Below, in pieces: positions 39,711 through 48,630 of a stretch of 64,000 bases of DNA; position 1 is the stretch's first letter, and each line of letters starts with the position of its first letter. The stretch is from a virus: positions 19,892-83,891 of IMG/VR virus record IMGVR_UViG_3300009104_000009, one strand, 5' to 3'. The translations under genes and the position numbers were made by a program. A model generated the notes under the pieces. That model saw only the letters and a list, made by a program, of their open reading frames with translations. It did not search any database and had not been told where the DNA came from.

Positions 39711-40830
39711 ACCTTGCCTAGCACCTTTTAACTCAATTTTTCATAATTATGATGGTGCTACTTCTGTATGCTGTCACAGACCTGTTGAGATCACAGGTAA
39801 GACCCTACACGAGAGCATGCACGATGAGAAACTACAAGCAATAAGAAGAAGTTTCGCTAAAGGAGAGACACCTCCAGAGTGTCGGTTATGTCCTAAGCAG
39901 ATGAGAGAGTATCATACTGAGAATATCTCTAAGAATATTAAAAGTATTTCATTAGAAAATAAGTTCACTCCAGTAGCTGTAGATTTCTTCTGGTCTAATA
40001 AGTGTAATTTCGCATGCTTAGGGTGTGATAGTTATAAGAGCTCAACAATTGATAAGAATTTTAGAGAGATATATGAGATAATAGATCATCAGAGGCCTGT
40101 TCCTAATATAGGATATGATAAGCAAGAGAGATTTGATTATATACTAGAAAATTCCGACAGTATTAGAATAATGCATTTATCGAGTTCCGGAGAACCATGG
40201 ATTGAAGATAATATCTATGAGTTATTAGAGCTCTTAGTAGAGCATAAGTTATTTAACATTGAAATAGCGACCCATACTAATGGAAGTATATTGAATTATA
40301 AGAATAAGAGTATGATTGATATATTAGATAATTGGAATGGTAACGCAACTGTTATAATGAGTAATGACGGTACAGGAAAAAGAGGAGAGTATGTCAGATA
40401 TGGTTATAAAGATAAAATGTGGTTAAGGACGTATAATAAACTAAAAGAATCTAGCATTAACGTATATGTTCACTACTGTATGAACTTATTCAATATAATG
40501 TATCTCAGAGAAGATGCAGAATGGTTTAAAGAGAATTGTGATGATACTGATATACTCTTAAGATATTGGGAATGGCCTTCTTTATTAACGTCTAAGTTTT
40601 TAAAATATTGGGGTGATTTGTATGACGAATCAATTGATTCATTCAATAGCGCGAAATCCTATTATAAGGATTCGGAGTATGCTGAAGATTACCTAAATAC
40701 TATAGGGAGAGGAAATAATTTTAAAGATGATGTTTCGCGATTTAGTTCATTTATACAGAAGATAGATGAAAAAAGAAATACTGATTTTGTAAAAACTTTT
40801 CCAAAGTTGAATGAGATTGTTTTATGGTAG
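39700..40830 (+). CDS. radical SAM protein with N-terminal SPASM/twitch-like Cys cluster
   Basis: C.APF...VCC...ECRLC; CNFACLGC; SGEP; TNG. Confidence 0.85.
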   Translation: MITKPCLAPFNSIFHNYDGATSVCCHRPVEITGKTLHESMHDEKLQAIRRSFAKGETPPECRLCPKQMREYHTENISKNIKSISLENKFTPVAVDFFWSNKCNFACLGCDSYKSSTIDKNFREIYEIIDHQRPVPNIGYDKQERFDYILENSDSIRIMHLSSSGEPWIEDNIYELLELLVEHKLFNIEIATHTNGSILNYKNKSMIDILDNWNGNATVIMSNDGTGKRGEYVRYGYKDKMWLRTYNKLKESSINVYVHYCMNLFNIMYLREDAEWFKENCDDTDILLRYWEWPSLLTSKFLKYWGDLYDESIDSFNSAKSYYKDSEYAEDYLNTIGRGNNFKDDVSRFSSFIQKIDEKRNTDFVKTFPKLNEIVLW

Positions 40831-41504
40831 ATAATTTAAAAGAGATTATTCACAAATCTCAAATATGTCAAAGAAATTGGGATTTGAGTGAAGAGATCCC
40901 TCAAGAGCATGTTGATTTAATTGTAGAAGCAGTTACACAAAGCCCCACCCGTCAAAATATCCCGTTCTATAATGTAGATGTTGTTACAGACAGATCTTTA
41001 ATCAACAGTATCCATAATAATTCTGCTTTTTTTAAAATTAAACCAGGTATGGAGTTATCAGAATATTCTCACGCTGTCGTTAGGGGTTCAGATGTAGAGA
41101 AGGATGAAGATGGTGTTATCACAAAAACTAATCCTCAAGTGCTAGCTCCCTTATTACTTGTTTTTAGTGCTAATGAAGAGACTTATTACGATAATCAGTT
41201 ACGACATGGTAAAGACTCTGCGGAACGTGTTAAGTGGGAAAAAGACGTAAGCCTTTCTATAGGCGTAGCATCTGGATTTGCAAAACTAATATCTACACAA
41301 TTAGGATATGTAAGTGGTTTTTGCGCTTGTTATGGTGAAGAAATAGATAAACTAATAGGATCTTCGGTACGGTTATTTCTTGGGATAGGAAAGCCTGATA
41401 AAAACAAGAAATATACAGAGAGTCATATTGAGGAATTTGAATATCCCAGCTTTAAAGATGTAAAGAGATTAAAACCTGTAAAAGTAGAGTGGCATAATGG
41501 CTAA
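40824..41504 (+). CDS. nitroreductase-family protein
   Basis: SQICQRNWD, SPTRQN, SIGVASG...LGYVSGFCAC, LGIG; paralog of 59021. Confidence 0.78.
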   Translation: MVDNLKEIIHKSQICQRNWDLSEEIPQEHVDLIVEAVTQSPTRQNIPFYNVDVVTDRSLINSIHNNSAFFKIKPGMELSEYSHAVVRGSDVEKDEDGVITKTNPQVLAPLLLVFSANEETYYDNQLRHGKDSAERVKWEKDVSLSIGVASGFAKLISTQLGYVSGFCACYGEEIDKLIGSSVRLFLGIGKPDKNKKYTESHIEEFEYPSFKDVKRLKPVKVEWHNG

Positions 41505-41730
41505 ATGGAAAATCAGATATTGTAGTTCTTGAAACTACAAACCGAACGCAGAAAGTCTTTCTGCTGAAATGAAAAAATTAGGTTATGACGTTGAAATTGA
41601 ACAAGGAGATACTGGACAATTTGAGCTATTTAAATGGTCCACCACATTGTGGATGTCATTTATGAAAGGTGGACATGGAAAGTTCTTTGGAATACAGGAA
41701 GTGACGGAGGCATTAACTAATACGGAGTAA
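41497..41730 (+). CDS. Rdx / SelW-SelT-SelH family selenoprotein (77 aa, CSSU; missing from ORF track)
   Basis: MAKWKIRYCSS-UGA-NYKPNAESLSAEMKKLGYDVEIEQGDTGQFELF...GKF. This is the Rdx IxYCxxU.Y...A..L and GxFE(V/L) pattern, and the gene exactly fills an intergenic gap. Confidence 0.9.
41548..41564 (+). promoter_or_regulatory. SECIS-like hairpin
   Basis: GCAGAA-AGUCU-UUCUGC begins 15 nt after the UGA (41530-41532), with the loop G at +23. Confidence 0.8.
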
Positions 41731-41732
41731 AT

Positions 41733-42161
41733 ATGGTTTTTGGACTTGGAGATCAAGAAGAACAGAGAACTAAAGAATTATTTGTAAGTAAGAATTTTAA
41801 ATCACATTCAGGATTAGACTTAACATGGAAAATAGAGATGGACGCGTTAATGGATTCCGAATGGTTTACGATCAAGAAAATGATCATGGAGATAACACCT
41901 CCTTTTAGAGAAGCAGTCGGTATTCCACGTGGTGGAGTTAAGCTCGGCAATCTTCTCAACGAACACGCAACAGGGAAAAAAGAAGATCCTATTTGTATAG
42001 TAGATGATGTATTAACTACAGGTGAGTCAATGGAAGAATTTTTAACACAATATCAACGTAATCGCGAACCATTTACAGCGATCGGTTGGGTAGTATTTGC
42101 GAGAACACAATGTCCGTCATGGGTAAACGCGGTATTTCAAATGCCATATTTAGCTGTATAG
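41733..42161 (+). CDS. pyrE: orotate phosphoribosyltransferase-like (PRTase type I)
   Basis: FKSHSG, GIPRGG, IVDDVLTTGES PRPP-binding loop; near pyrD and pyrF. Confidence 0.7.
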   Translation: MVFGLGDQEEQRTKELFVSKNFKSHSGLDLTWKIEMDALMDSEWFTIKKMIMEITPPFREAVGIPRGGVKLGNLLNEHATGKKEDPICIVDDVLTTGESMEEFLTQYQRNREPFTAIGWVVFARTQCPSWVNAVFQMPYLAV

Positions 42162-42529
42162 TATTAATGATTACCAGTTGTACTATGTGGAAGCATATTC
42201 AAGATAGTAGTGATTATTTAGAAACTGGATATATGCCATGTCCAGAAGGCGAGAAGTGCTTAGACTTGACATCAAGAATGGGTGGATTAGAAGGAGATAT
42301 TTTTAAAACACTACCACCCATAAAAGGTTGGAAACAAATGGGATGCGTGCATTCTAAGCAAATAGATTATGAGATGAAAGAAGAATTTATGTATTGTGAA
42401 TATTGTAATGGAAAACATCAGATGTGGATGATATATGATTATGACTGGGAGGGTAAATACGGAGTTCCAGATTGGTATCCTCATACACCAGATAATACAG
42501 AATGCGGCGATCCACCATTTATTAAATGA
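42086..42529 (+). CDS. hypothetical (lipo)protein; start uncertain
   Basis: Hydrophobic stretch followed by ITSC; Cys-rich. Confidence 0.5.
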   Translation: MGSICENTMSVMGKRGISNAIFSCIVLMITSCTMWKHIQDSSDYLETGYMPCPEGEKCLDLTSRMGGLEGDIFKTLPPIKGWKQMGCVHSKQIDYEMKEEFMYCEYCNGKHQMWMIYDYDWEGKYGVPDWYPHTPDNTECGDPPFIK

Positions 42530-43221
42530 AAATATATATCGCGGCTCCATTCGGGAACTATATACGAATCAAAAATACTATTAGTGTCAAGGGAACTTTC
42601 ACGTTAAAGCGTCGTCGTGGTCTCATTCTTCAAATCTTAAAAACTCTACGATATAGCTTTAAAGACAAGTGTTGGTATAATAGCTTAGGACTTAGAAATC
42701 CAGGAATTACAAAAGGCATTCACAGAATAAAAAAAGACGACTATATATCTATCGCTGCTGTAGAACCAGGTGATTGGATTGAACTAGATAAACATATTCC
42801 TCAACAGGTTCCAATTGAACTCAATATTTCATGTCCTAACATAACTCACTTCGATGACTACATCAGAGATATACACATATATGCTAAGCGCAATCCGATT
42901 GTTAAAATATCAGCAGAAACCAACTTCGCGGAAATAGACAGATTAATAGATATGGGCTTCGCTAGATTCCATTGTTGTAACACACTCAAAACAGATAAGG
43001 GAGCTCAAAGCGGTAAGGTATTACAAGAATATGTATTTGAGAAAATCAAGTATATAAAGAACAAAAATCGACATATCGAGTGCATAGCAGGAGGAGGAAT
43101 AGATTCGATAGATGATATGATGTATTACGCTACGTTAGGAGTTCAGGGATTTTCACTAGGATCTGTTTGTTTTAATCCATTTAAATTACGTAAAATTCTC
43201 CTTGATTTTTTCGGAAAATAA
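42526..43221 (+). CDS. pyrD: dihydroorotate dehydrogenase-like protein
   Basis: NSLGLRNPG, ELNISCPN, VKI, NT, SG, IAGGGI. Confidence 0.85.
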   Translation: MKIYIAAPFGNYIRIKNTISVKGTFTLKRRRGLILQILKTLRYSFKDKCWYNSLGLRNPGITKGIHRIKKDDYISIAAVEPGDWIELDKHIPQQVPIELNISCPNITHFDDYIRDIHIYAKRNPIVKISAETNFAEIDRLIDMGFARFHCCNTLKTDKGAQSGKVLQEYVFEKIKYIKNKNRHIECIAGGGIDSIDDMMYYATLGVQGFSLGSVCFNPFKLRKILLDFFGK

Positions 43222-43230
43222 TCGTATAAT
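43202..43230 (+). promoter_or_regulatory. sigma70-type promoter
   Basis: TTGATT-N17-TATAAT upstream of 43240. Confidence 0.7.
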
Positions 43231-43239
43231 AACTTCATT

Positions 43240-43653
43240 ATGAGATCGAACAAGTGGAATATTAGTTGGCAGGTTGCTCGAGTCAGAGCAAAGAAAATTA
43301 AAGACATTCAGATGAGAGTGGATTTCATGCACGAGTGGTTGCTGATTCACAATTATAGAGTTAATATCGATAGGATAGCAAATTGGTTACGAATGTCTAT
43401 AATGAGTGCTAACTATGAATCAAAAGAGATTTATAAAAAAGCTTTTCGCAGGCTCTTAGAAGTGCAGAATCTCGAAGAAGGAGATATGCCGAACGATGTG
43501 AAAGCTTACGTGCGCGATCCGATAATAGAAGACGTTCTCAAAGATCTAGAACAACGAACATACAGTTTTCAATTTAAAAAACTGCCACCAGGACACTATG
43601 AATTTATTAAAAGGATAAAAGATGTACTCGGCCCAAATCAAACAATCAATTGA
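43240..43653 (+). CDS. hypothetical protein
   Basis: ORF immediately downstream of the promoter. Confidence 0.6.
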   Translation: MRSNKWNISWQVARVRAKKIKDIQMRVDFMHEWLLIHNYRVNIDRIANWLRMSIMSANYESKEIYKKAFRRLLEVQNLEEGDMPNDVKAYVRDPIIEDVLKDLEQRTYSFQFKKLPPGHYEFIKRIKDVLGPNQTIN

Positions 43654-43969
43654 AAAACTAGCACAGACAACATCTGATGCATTTGACATAATCATGTATA
43701 GGATGCTAGACGCACCGGAAAAACCGTCTCAGGATGACTTGATGGCGATGATTATGGGTGCTAAAGAATTACACGAATCGCACTGCATGCGTGTGATGGA
43801 GACTATCAAAGAATGGCCTGGAAAGTCCGCAAGGAATATATTAGCGACTACGCCGGTGAAGGAAGACAAGAAATATACAGACGAAATCGAAGAGGAAATG
43901 TTCTCTAAGCCGCTTAAAAAGATGCCTATAGATAAGGCTGAACAAGCAATCGACTATCAGTCTATATGA
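43622..43969 (+). CDS. hypothetical protein
   Basis: 115-aa ORF overlapping its neighbours. Confidence 0.6.
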   Translation: MYSAQIKQSIEKLAQTTSDAFDIIMYRMLDAPEKPSQDDLMAMIMGAKELHESHCMRVMETIKEWPGKSARNILATTPVKEDKKYTDEIEEEMFSKPLKKMPIDKAEQAIDYQSI

Positions 43970-44655
43970 AATTAATTCTATCATTAGAACAACCAAAGCA
44001 CTTTCTAGTAGCAGAAAAAATACAAGACTATGTAGATGGATGGAAAATAAATCACATAGGATATAGCATAGCAGATCGCGAACGCTCTCACGACTGGTGG
44101 GCTAGATTAGAACGCTATAGACTAGCTAGAAAGAAGGAACTATTCGTCGACTTCAAGCTTTGGGACACACCAAACACGATGAAAATGGTCTTAGAACACG
44201 TCCTCAGAATGGGCGCAACAATGACCACTATAAGTACGTACAACAATCCCGCAGCTTTAGAAGCAGTCTCCGAATTCAAGGATGACATCAAACTACTAGG
44301 AGTTACATATCTCACATCTTGGTCAGATCAGGAACAGTACAACGTGACACGCGATATGGAACCCATTATGTGGAGAAGAGCTATAGAGAGAATGCTAGAA
44401 TATAAATTCGCAGGAGTTATTTCAAGTGCTCACGATATTCATTACATTAGACAGTGGGGAGATCCGGACAAAAAACTACTAAACATCTGTCCAGGAATAA
44501 CAGTAGAAACACCAGATGGATTACCGTTCCATTCAGGTCAAGTTCGCACAACTAGCATTCAGGAAGCAAAATCACTAGGAGCAGATTATATAGTATTAGG
44601 ACGAGCAGTAACAGAAAGCCATGATCCAGAATTGACAATCAAAGCCATGTTATGA
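43966..44655 (+). CDS. pyrF: orotidine-5'-phosphate decarboxylase
   Basis: FVDFKLWDTPNT (DxKxxD), VTYLTS, CPGI, GQVR, GADYIVLGRAV. Confidence 0.92.
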   Translation: MKLILSLEQPKHFLVAEKIQDYVDGWKINHIGYSIADRERSHDWWARLERYRLARKKELFVDFKLWDTPNTMKMVLEHVLRMGATMTTISTYNNPAALEAVSEFKDDIKLLGVTYLTSWSDQEQYNVTRDMEPIMWRRAIERMLEYKFAGVISSAHDIHYIRQWGDPDKKLLNICPGITVETPDGLPFHSGQVRTTSIQEAKSLGADYIVLGRAVTESHDPELTIKAML

Positions 44656-44915
44656 TGAATCCTTTTCGCATTGTTTGGGAACTAATAGAGTTCGCAATAC
44701 AAGCGTTATTTCTCTATATACTCGCAATAATCATAGTAATAGGCGTCTTAGTATATGGTATCGCTAGTCTAGAAAACAAGGCAGAAAAGATCATATATAA
44801 GGACAGAATAATAATAGAGCAAATGACCGTTCCAGCAGAACCCGAACCAATACCACCAGCATGCGAACGCATTGCCGGATGCCGAGTTTTAGAAGACGGA
44901 TCAATTGAATACTAG
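44652..44915 (+). CDS. membrane protein
   Basis: One hydrophobic TM segment. Confidence 0.6.
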   Translation: MMNPFRIVWELIEFAIQALFLYILAIIIVIGVLVYGIASLENKAEKIIYKDRIIIEQMTVPAEPEPIPPACERIAGCRVLEDGSIEY

Positions 44916-45203
44916 AACTCATAACCACCATTAATAGGAGTAATACAATGGAATGTATAGACTTAGTTAATAAAGTACAAGAAATCTATTCCCCTCAACC
45001 AATAGTAATATTCCTACTATTCGGACTTATATTCATGGGAGGAATGATGTTCGAAATGTGTAGAATAAGCGAATCAACCCATAATAAAAAACAACAATGA
45101 AACCATGGTTTAATACAGCATTAATACTCATGCTTACGTTAATATGGATAGCAATAGGGATACAACTGCACCAGAGATTAAGTCATCTAGAATCTCTTAT
45201 ATT

Positions 45204-45446
45204 ATGAAGAAGTATATACACGTAAATCAGGGAAACATTAAAGGTAATCTAAAGACACGTAGAACCGGAAGAAATAAGGAACTCATGCCAGTGATTACTA
45301 TTAAAGAAGGAAAGAAGAATGAATACTGTAATGCAGTCTCTATACTAGGACCATCAAAAGTAATATATGGACACGATAAACCCCTGTTATCTTGTGGTGC
45401 TAGAGTAATAATAGAGACTGAAGCAGAGATAAAAATATTGGAGTAA
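45204..45446 (+). CDS. conserved phage hypothetical protein
   Basis: IHVNQ..I..N...PVITIK...GPSKVIY...PLLSCGARV; start 45204 preferred. Confidence 0.65.
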   Translation: MKKYIHVNQGNIKGNLKTRRTGRNKELMPVITIKEGKKNEYCNAVSILGPSKVIYGHDKPLLSCGARVIIETEAEIKILE

Positions 45447-45904
45447 ACAATGATTTGGATAGAATTACCTGTATTAATCATACCAATAGCTATAGTAGTA
45501 TGGTCATATGTAGTGATAACGTATAGTGGATGGGGAAGTTGAATAGTAATAGGGTAAAAATCGACCCCGTTTAAAAACGGTTAATTAATATGGTTTAAGT
45601 GAGTGATAAGGCGCATTAATGTCTGTAGAGAGTGGATATAAACGGCGCCTCGCGCAGCAAACGCAAATTTTTTTAAAACGCGCCAAAAATTTCTATATAA
45701 AAGCACACTTTTAATTCGCGATAGAATTAATCAATAAAAGTACACAATTAACTCTATATAGAATCAAAGCCGTTATGAATCGCGATATACAAAAACAGAG
45801 ACTCACTGTGCGAGAGCAATGTGCTCGGGAGAGGGTGGGGAAGCAACGGCAGCAGGGTCTCGTTTCGCGAGCAGGTTTCTGTGAAAAAAATAAAAAAAGA
45901 TTTG

Positions 45905-45988
45905 CAATGATTTCAGCGGGTTAGCGTTAACGCGTTGTTATTATTACGAAACAAAACCGTTGACATTTCTCTCTCGTTGTGATATAAT
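45905..45988 (+). promoter_or_regulatory. strong early promoter with conserved upstream element (copy 1)
   Basis: TTGACA-N17-TATAAT at 45960-45988; upstream block shared with 54215-54298. Confidence 0.85.
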
Positions 45989-46012
45989 ATATATAAAGAA
46001 ATTGAGAAAATC

Positions 46013-46396
46013 ATGAAACAATCGAGAGAGAATATTATGGGAAATGCAGTTCACGTTACTACGGCAGTAAGAGAAAACTACGGCGCACACGACTGGGATG
46101 GCGTCGGTGAATGTCCGCAGTATTGGAAGTGCAAAGGTGGTGATGACTACATCATCATTGACGCCCCTTCGGTTGATGATGCCGTTGATTTCGTATATAG
46201 TTATATTGTAGGGGATCCTAGCGTATACGTTGAGGAGACCATTTTAGGTGGCGTTGAAGTCGCTGCCGATTTCAAGACGGAACTGGAGGAGTATGCTTCC
46301 GAGAGTTTCGCAACTCGCGTCGAATGGTCTAAACGATTCGACAAGTTTCCAACCAATAAACTTTCAACATATAATATAAATTATGAAGCCGCTTGA
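46013..46396 (+). CDS. early hypothetical protein
   Basis: RENYGAHDWDGVGECPQYWKCKGG motif; likely start at the ATG after the GAGAGAG motif. Confidence 0.7.
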   Translation: MKQSRENIMGNAVHVTTAVRENYGAHDWDGVGECPQYWKCKGGDDYIIIDAPSVDDAVDFVYSYIVGDPSVYVEETILGGVEVAADFKTELEEYASESFATRVEWSKRFDKFPTNKLSTYNINYEAA

Positions 46397-46634
46397 ACCG
46401 CTAGCAGAATCACAAAGTCACTGTAATGAATTCGGTGAAAAAATCGTCAATGAAATCACACAGTTAGAAGCAGACATAGCAGCTTGGAAAGCATCAGACC
46501 GGACAGACATAGCTCTCTATAATACACTAGAAAAAACCATAGAGAAGCTGTCCGGCGCTGTAGAGATATATGAACAGGACGTAGCAGAACACGAATACTT
46601 AATTAACGTACATGACGGCGAGCTACTCAACTAG
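46383..46634 (+). CDS. hypothetical protein
   Basis: 83-aa ORF followed by a strong hairpin. Confidence 0.55.
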   Translation: MKPLEPLAESQSHCNEFGEKIVNEITQLEADIAAWKASDRTDIALYNTLEKTIEKLSGAVEIYEQDVAEHEYLINVHDGELLN

Positions 46635-46643
46635 CTGCCGCAA

Positions 46644-46686
46644 CAGGTGCAACGCGCTTCCATCTCTCTCGCCGCCGTTGCACCTG
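46644..46686 (+). terminator. 11-bp hairpin (terminator or sRNA) with CATCTCTCTC loop
   Basis: Perfect stem CAGGTGCAACG/CGTTGCACCTG. Confidence 0.5.
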
Positions 46687-46700
46687 CCTTATTAACTAAG

Positions 46701-46807
46701 AGAGATATTGCTAAGCGCCTATACGATAGAACAGGACTGATCGTAATCAGCTGTTACGGATATAGGTGTTATGTGAGCTGAGATGATATATGGTGCGCTT
46801 AATCTCT
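46701..46807. ncRNA. candidate structured RNA A
   Basis: Nested stems AGAGAT/ATCTCT, TAAGCGC/GCGCTTA, AACAG/CTGTT, CTGAT/ATCAG; no ORF. Confidence 0.5.
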
Positions 46808-46820
46808 ATGGACATATTAT

Positions 46821-46966
46821 AGGCTCAGCTCATGCTACTATATATAATAGACATGGCGGTCTTAGGCTTGCGAGAAATGCAGGAAGTCACATCAGACGTA
46901 CCTATAATAGACCGCCACCCGATTAGGGCGCCTGGAGTGTCGTTCCAGCGGCACGCGTCCTGACCT
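46821..46966. ncRNA. candidate structured RNA B
   Basis: Closing stem AGG.TCAG/CTGACCT; internal TGGCGGTCT/AGACCGCCA and CTGGA/TCCAG. Confidence 0.5.
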
Positions 46967-46980
46967 TTGAATAGAGATAT

Positions 46981-47103
46981 AGGAGCAGGAGACAATTGTA
47001 TTACTGTCTGCAACACTAGACTACAAGCTACGGCCTAACACTTAGTGGCTGAGGTGGTCCCGGGTATTACCTTAGTAGAGACGTGTCTTTTTATCCTGCT
47101 CCT
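46981..47103. ncRNA. candidate structured RNA C
   Basis: Perfect 10-bp closing stem AGGAGCAGGA/TCCTGCTCCT, extended by GACA/TGTC. Confidence 0.5.
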
Positions 47104-47390
47104 TCTAACAGCATATAATAGTACACAGTTAGCAGTTGATAGTATGAGTGATTAATAGTACACCCCCCACCTGAAATACAGTGTCGAGGAAATCGCCCGA
47201 CCCTATAGGCTTAGCATCGAGAGTATACCTAAGCCGTAAACAAAAATTTTTTTACTATATGATTATCACCGCATTCGAGTCTACTCTTCCACATACCAGA
47301 GCAGGTCCTAGTAGTACAGAGCAAGACATAGCGGTCTTTCAAATACCGTTTCCTCAAGGGGACCGGGTCTCGGAAAAAAAATTTTTTTCC

Positions 47391-47419
47391 TTGATTTTTT
47401 AGCCTAAACGAGTTATAAT
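47391..47419 (+). promoter_or_regulatory. sigma70-type promoter
   Basis: TTGATT-N17-TATAAT upstream of 47470. Confidence 0.7.
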
Positions 47420-47469
47420 AATATATGTTTTAACTTAACACAACCAGATAATACTAACGAAGACAGATC

Positions 47470-48258
47470 ATGGCAAAAGCGAAATTATATAAGTTTAATA
47501 ATTCCAAATATACGATGAGAGAACTAGCAGAGCTATTCGAGCTTTCGTATTGCAGGATGAGCAACTTAATGAATCAATTTAAAGGTAATGCAGACGCAGT
47601 GTTTGCCGATAGGCAAACTGGTGACGGTTCTAAATCCGGTAAGTCACCGAAACGTTTCAATGTAGGAAAAGGAACGCTTCTGAGTGTTGCTGAAATAGCG
47701 GCAAAGACCGGATATAGTAAAGCTGCGATTAGCGGTAAGATTAAGCGCGGAATAAAAGGGAGCACACTCCTAGAGAAGAAGAGAGTAAAACCATTGTATG
47801 CTATAGAGTTGAAAGAAGAGGGAAGCGTTGTGAAGAAACTCCCTAACACGGTAAGAGCGGATAAGAATCGCATAGGTCGTGTAGCTGTAACCGATATAGA
47901 TGACAAGTTACAGATTAGAAACGCAATGGAGGACTATGTAGCAAATGGAGGCACTATAGAGAAAGTGTCATCAGATGGAACTGTGAAAGGTAACAGTTGG
48001 AAAGCACAAGCAAAGAGAAGTTGGAAGAAGCGTGTAGCTACAAGCAAGAGGCCACTAACAGTAGTCACAGATGAACGGGGAGAGATTAAAGGCGGGAAGA
48101 TGAAACCAATAGATGTAGATGATTTCATAGCTACCTTGGAAGCGGAAAGAGATCAACGGAAAGCTGCCCAAGAGTTGATGGGTTTAGAAGGGGTAGCGGA
48201 TAGTATAGACTATGTAGAGAAGATAGAGAAGGATGGGATCTTGCGAACTGATTACTGA
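47470..48258 (+). CDS. basic protein with two HTH-like segments
   Basis: TMRELAELFELSY and SVAEIAAKTGYSKAAI. Confidence 0.6.
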   Translation: MAKAKLYKFNNSKYTMRELAELFELSYCRMSNLMNQFKGNADAVFADRQTGDGSKSGKSPKRFNVGKGTLLSVAEIAAKTGYSKAAISGKIKRGIKGSTLLEKKRVKPLYAIELKEEGSVVKKLPNTVRADKNRIGRVAVTDIDDKLQIRNAMEDYVANGGTIEKVSSDGTVKGNSWKAQAKRSWKKRVATSKRPLTVVTDERGEIKGGKMKPIDVDDFIATLEAERDQRKAAQELMGLEGVADSIDYVEKIEKDGILRTDY

Positions 48259-48628
48259 TCCAGAAATTGGTCTATTCGATGGAGAGAAAAAAACCGTCGC
48301 GCGGAAGGGGGCTTCGCCCCCTAAGTCTCTAATAAATAATCAGCCTACGGCTAAAGGAGTAGAGAGTTTGGGTAATTGGATGAAACGCGCGCTGGCCGCG
48401 TGTGGGATAGTTGAGGTTCCTGTTAGTGTTAGATCGGAACTAGTAAATGATAGAAGAAGTCATTGTGCTTTGTTGGTGACTTATCCTTCTGGAAGAATGA
48501 GAGGTTGGATCTTTAATAGCGTGAAAGATGTCCGCGAGTTTGAAGAAGAAAATTCTGAGTGTAAATGCTTGCGAATGGAAAGAGTTCCGACTGAATGGTA
48601 TAATGGGGTAAATGACTCTAAGGGCTGA
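48233..48628 (+). CDS. hypothetical protein
   Basis: 131-aa ORF. Confidence 0.45.
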   Translation: MGSCELITDPEIGLFDGEKKTVARKGASPPKSLINNQPTAKGVESLGNWMKRALAACGIVEVPVSVRSELVNDRRSHCALLVTYPSGRMRGWIFNSVKDVREFEEENSECKCLRMERVPTEWYNGVNDSKG

Positions 48629-48630
48629 AA

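Noticed and set aside
47181-47402. 73-aa GTG-start ORF
   Set aside because: It lies in an A/T-tract non-coding region, overlaps a promoter, and has no RBS or motif.
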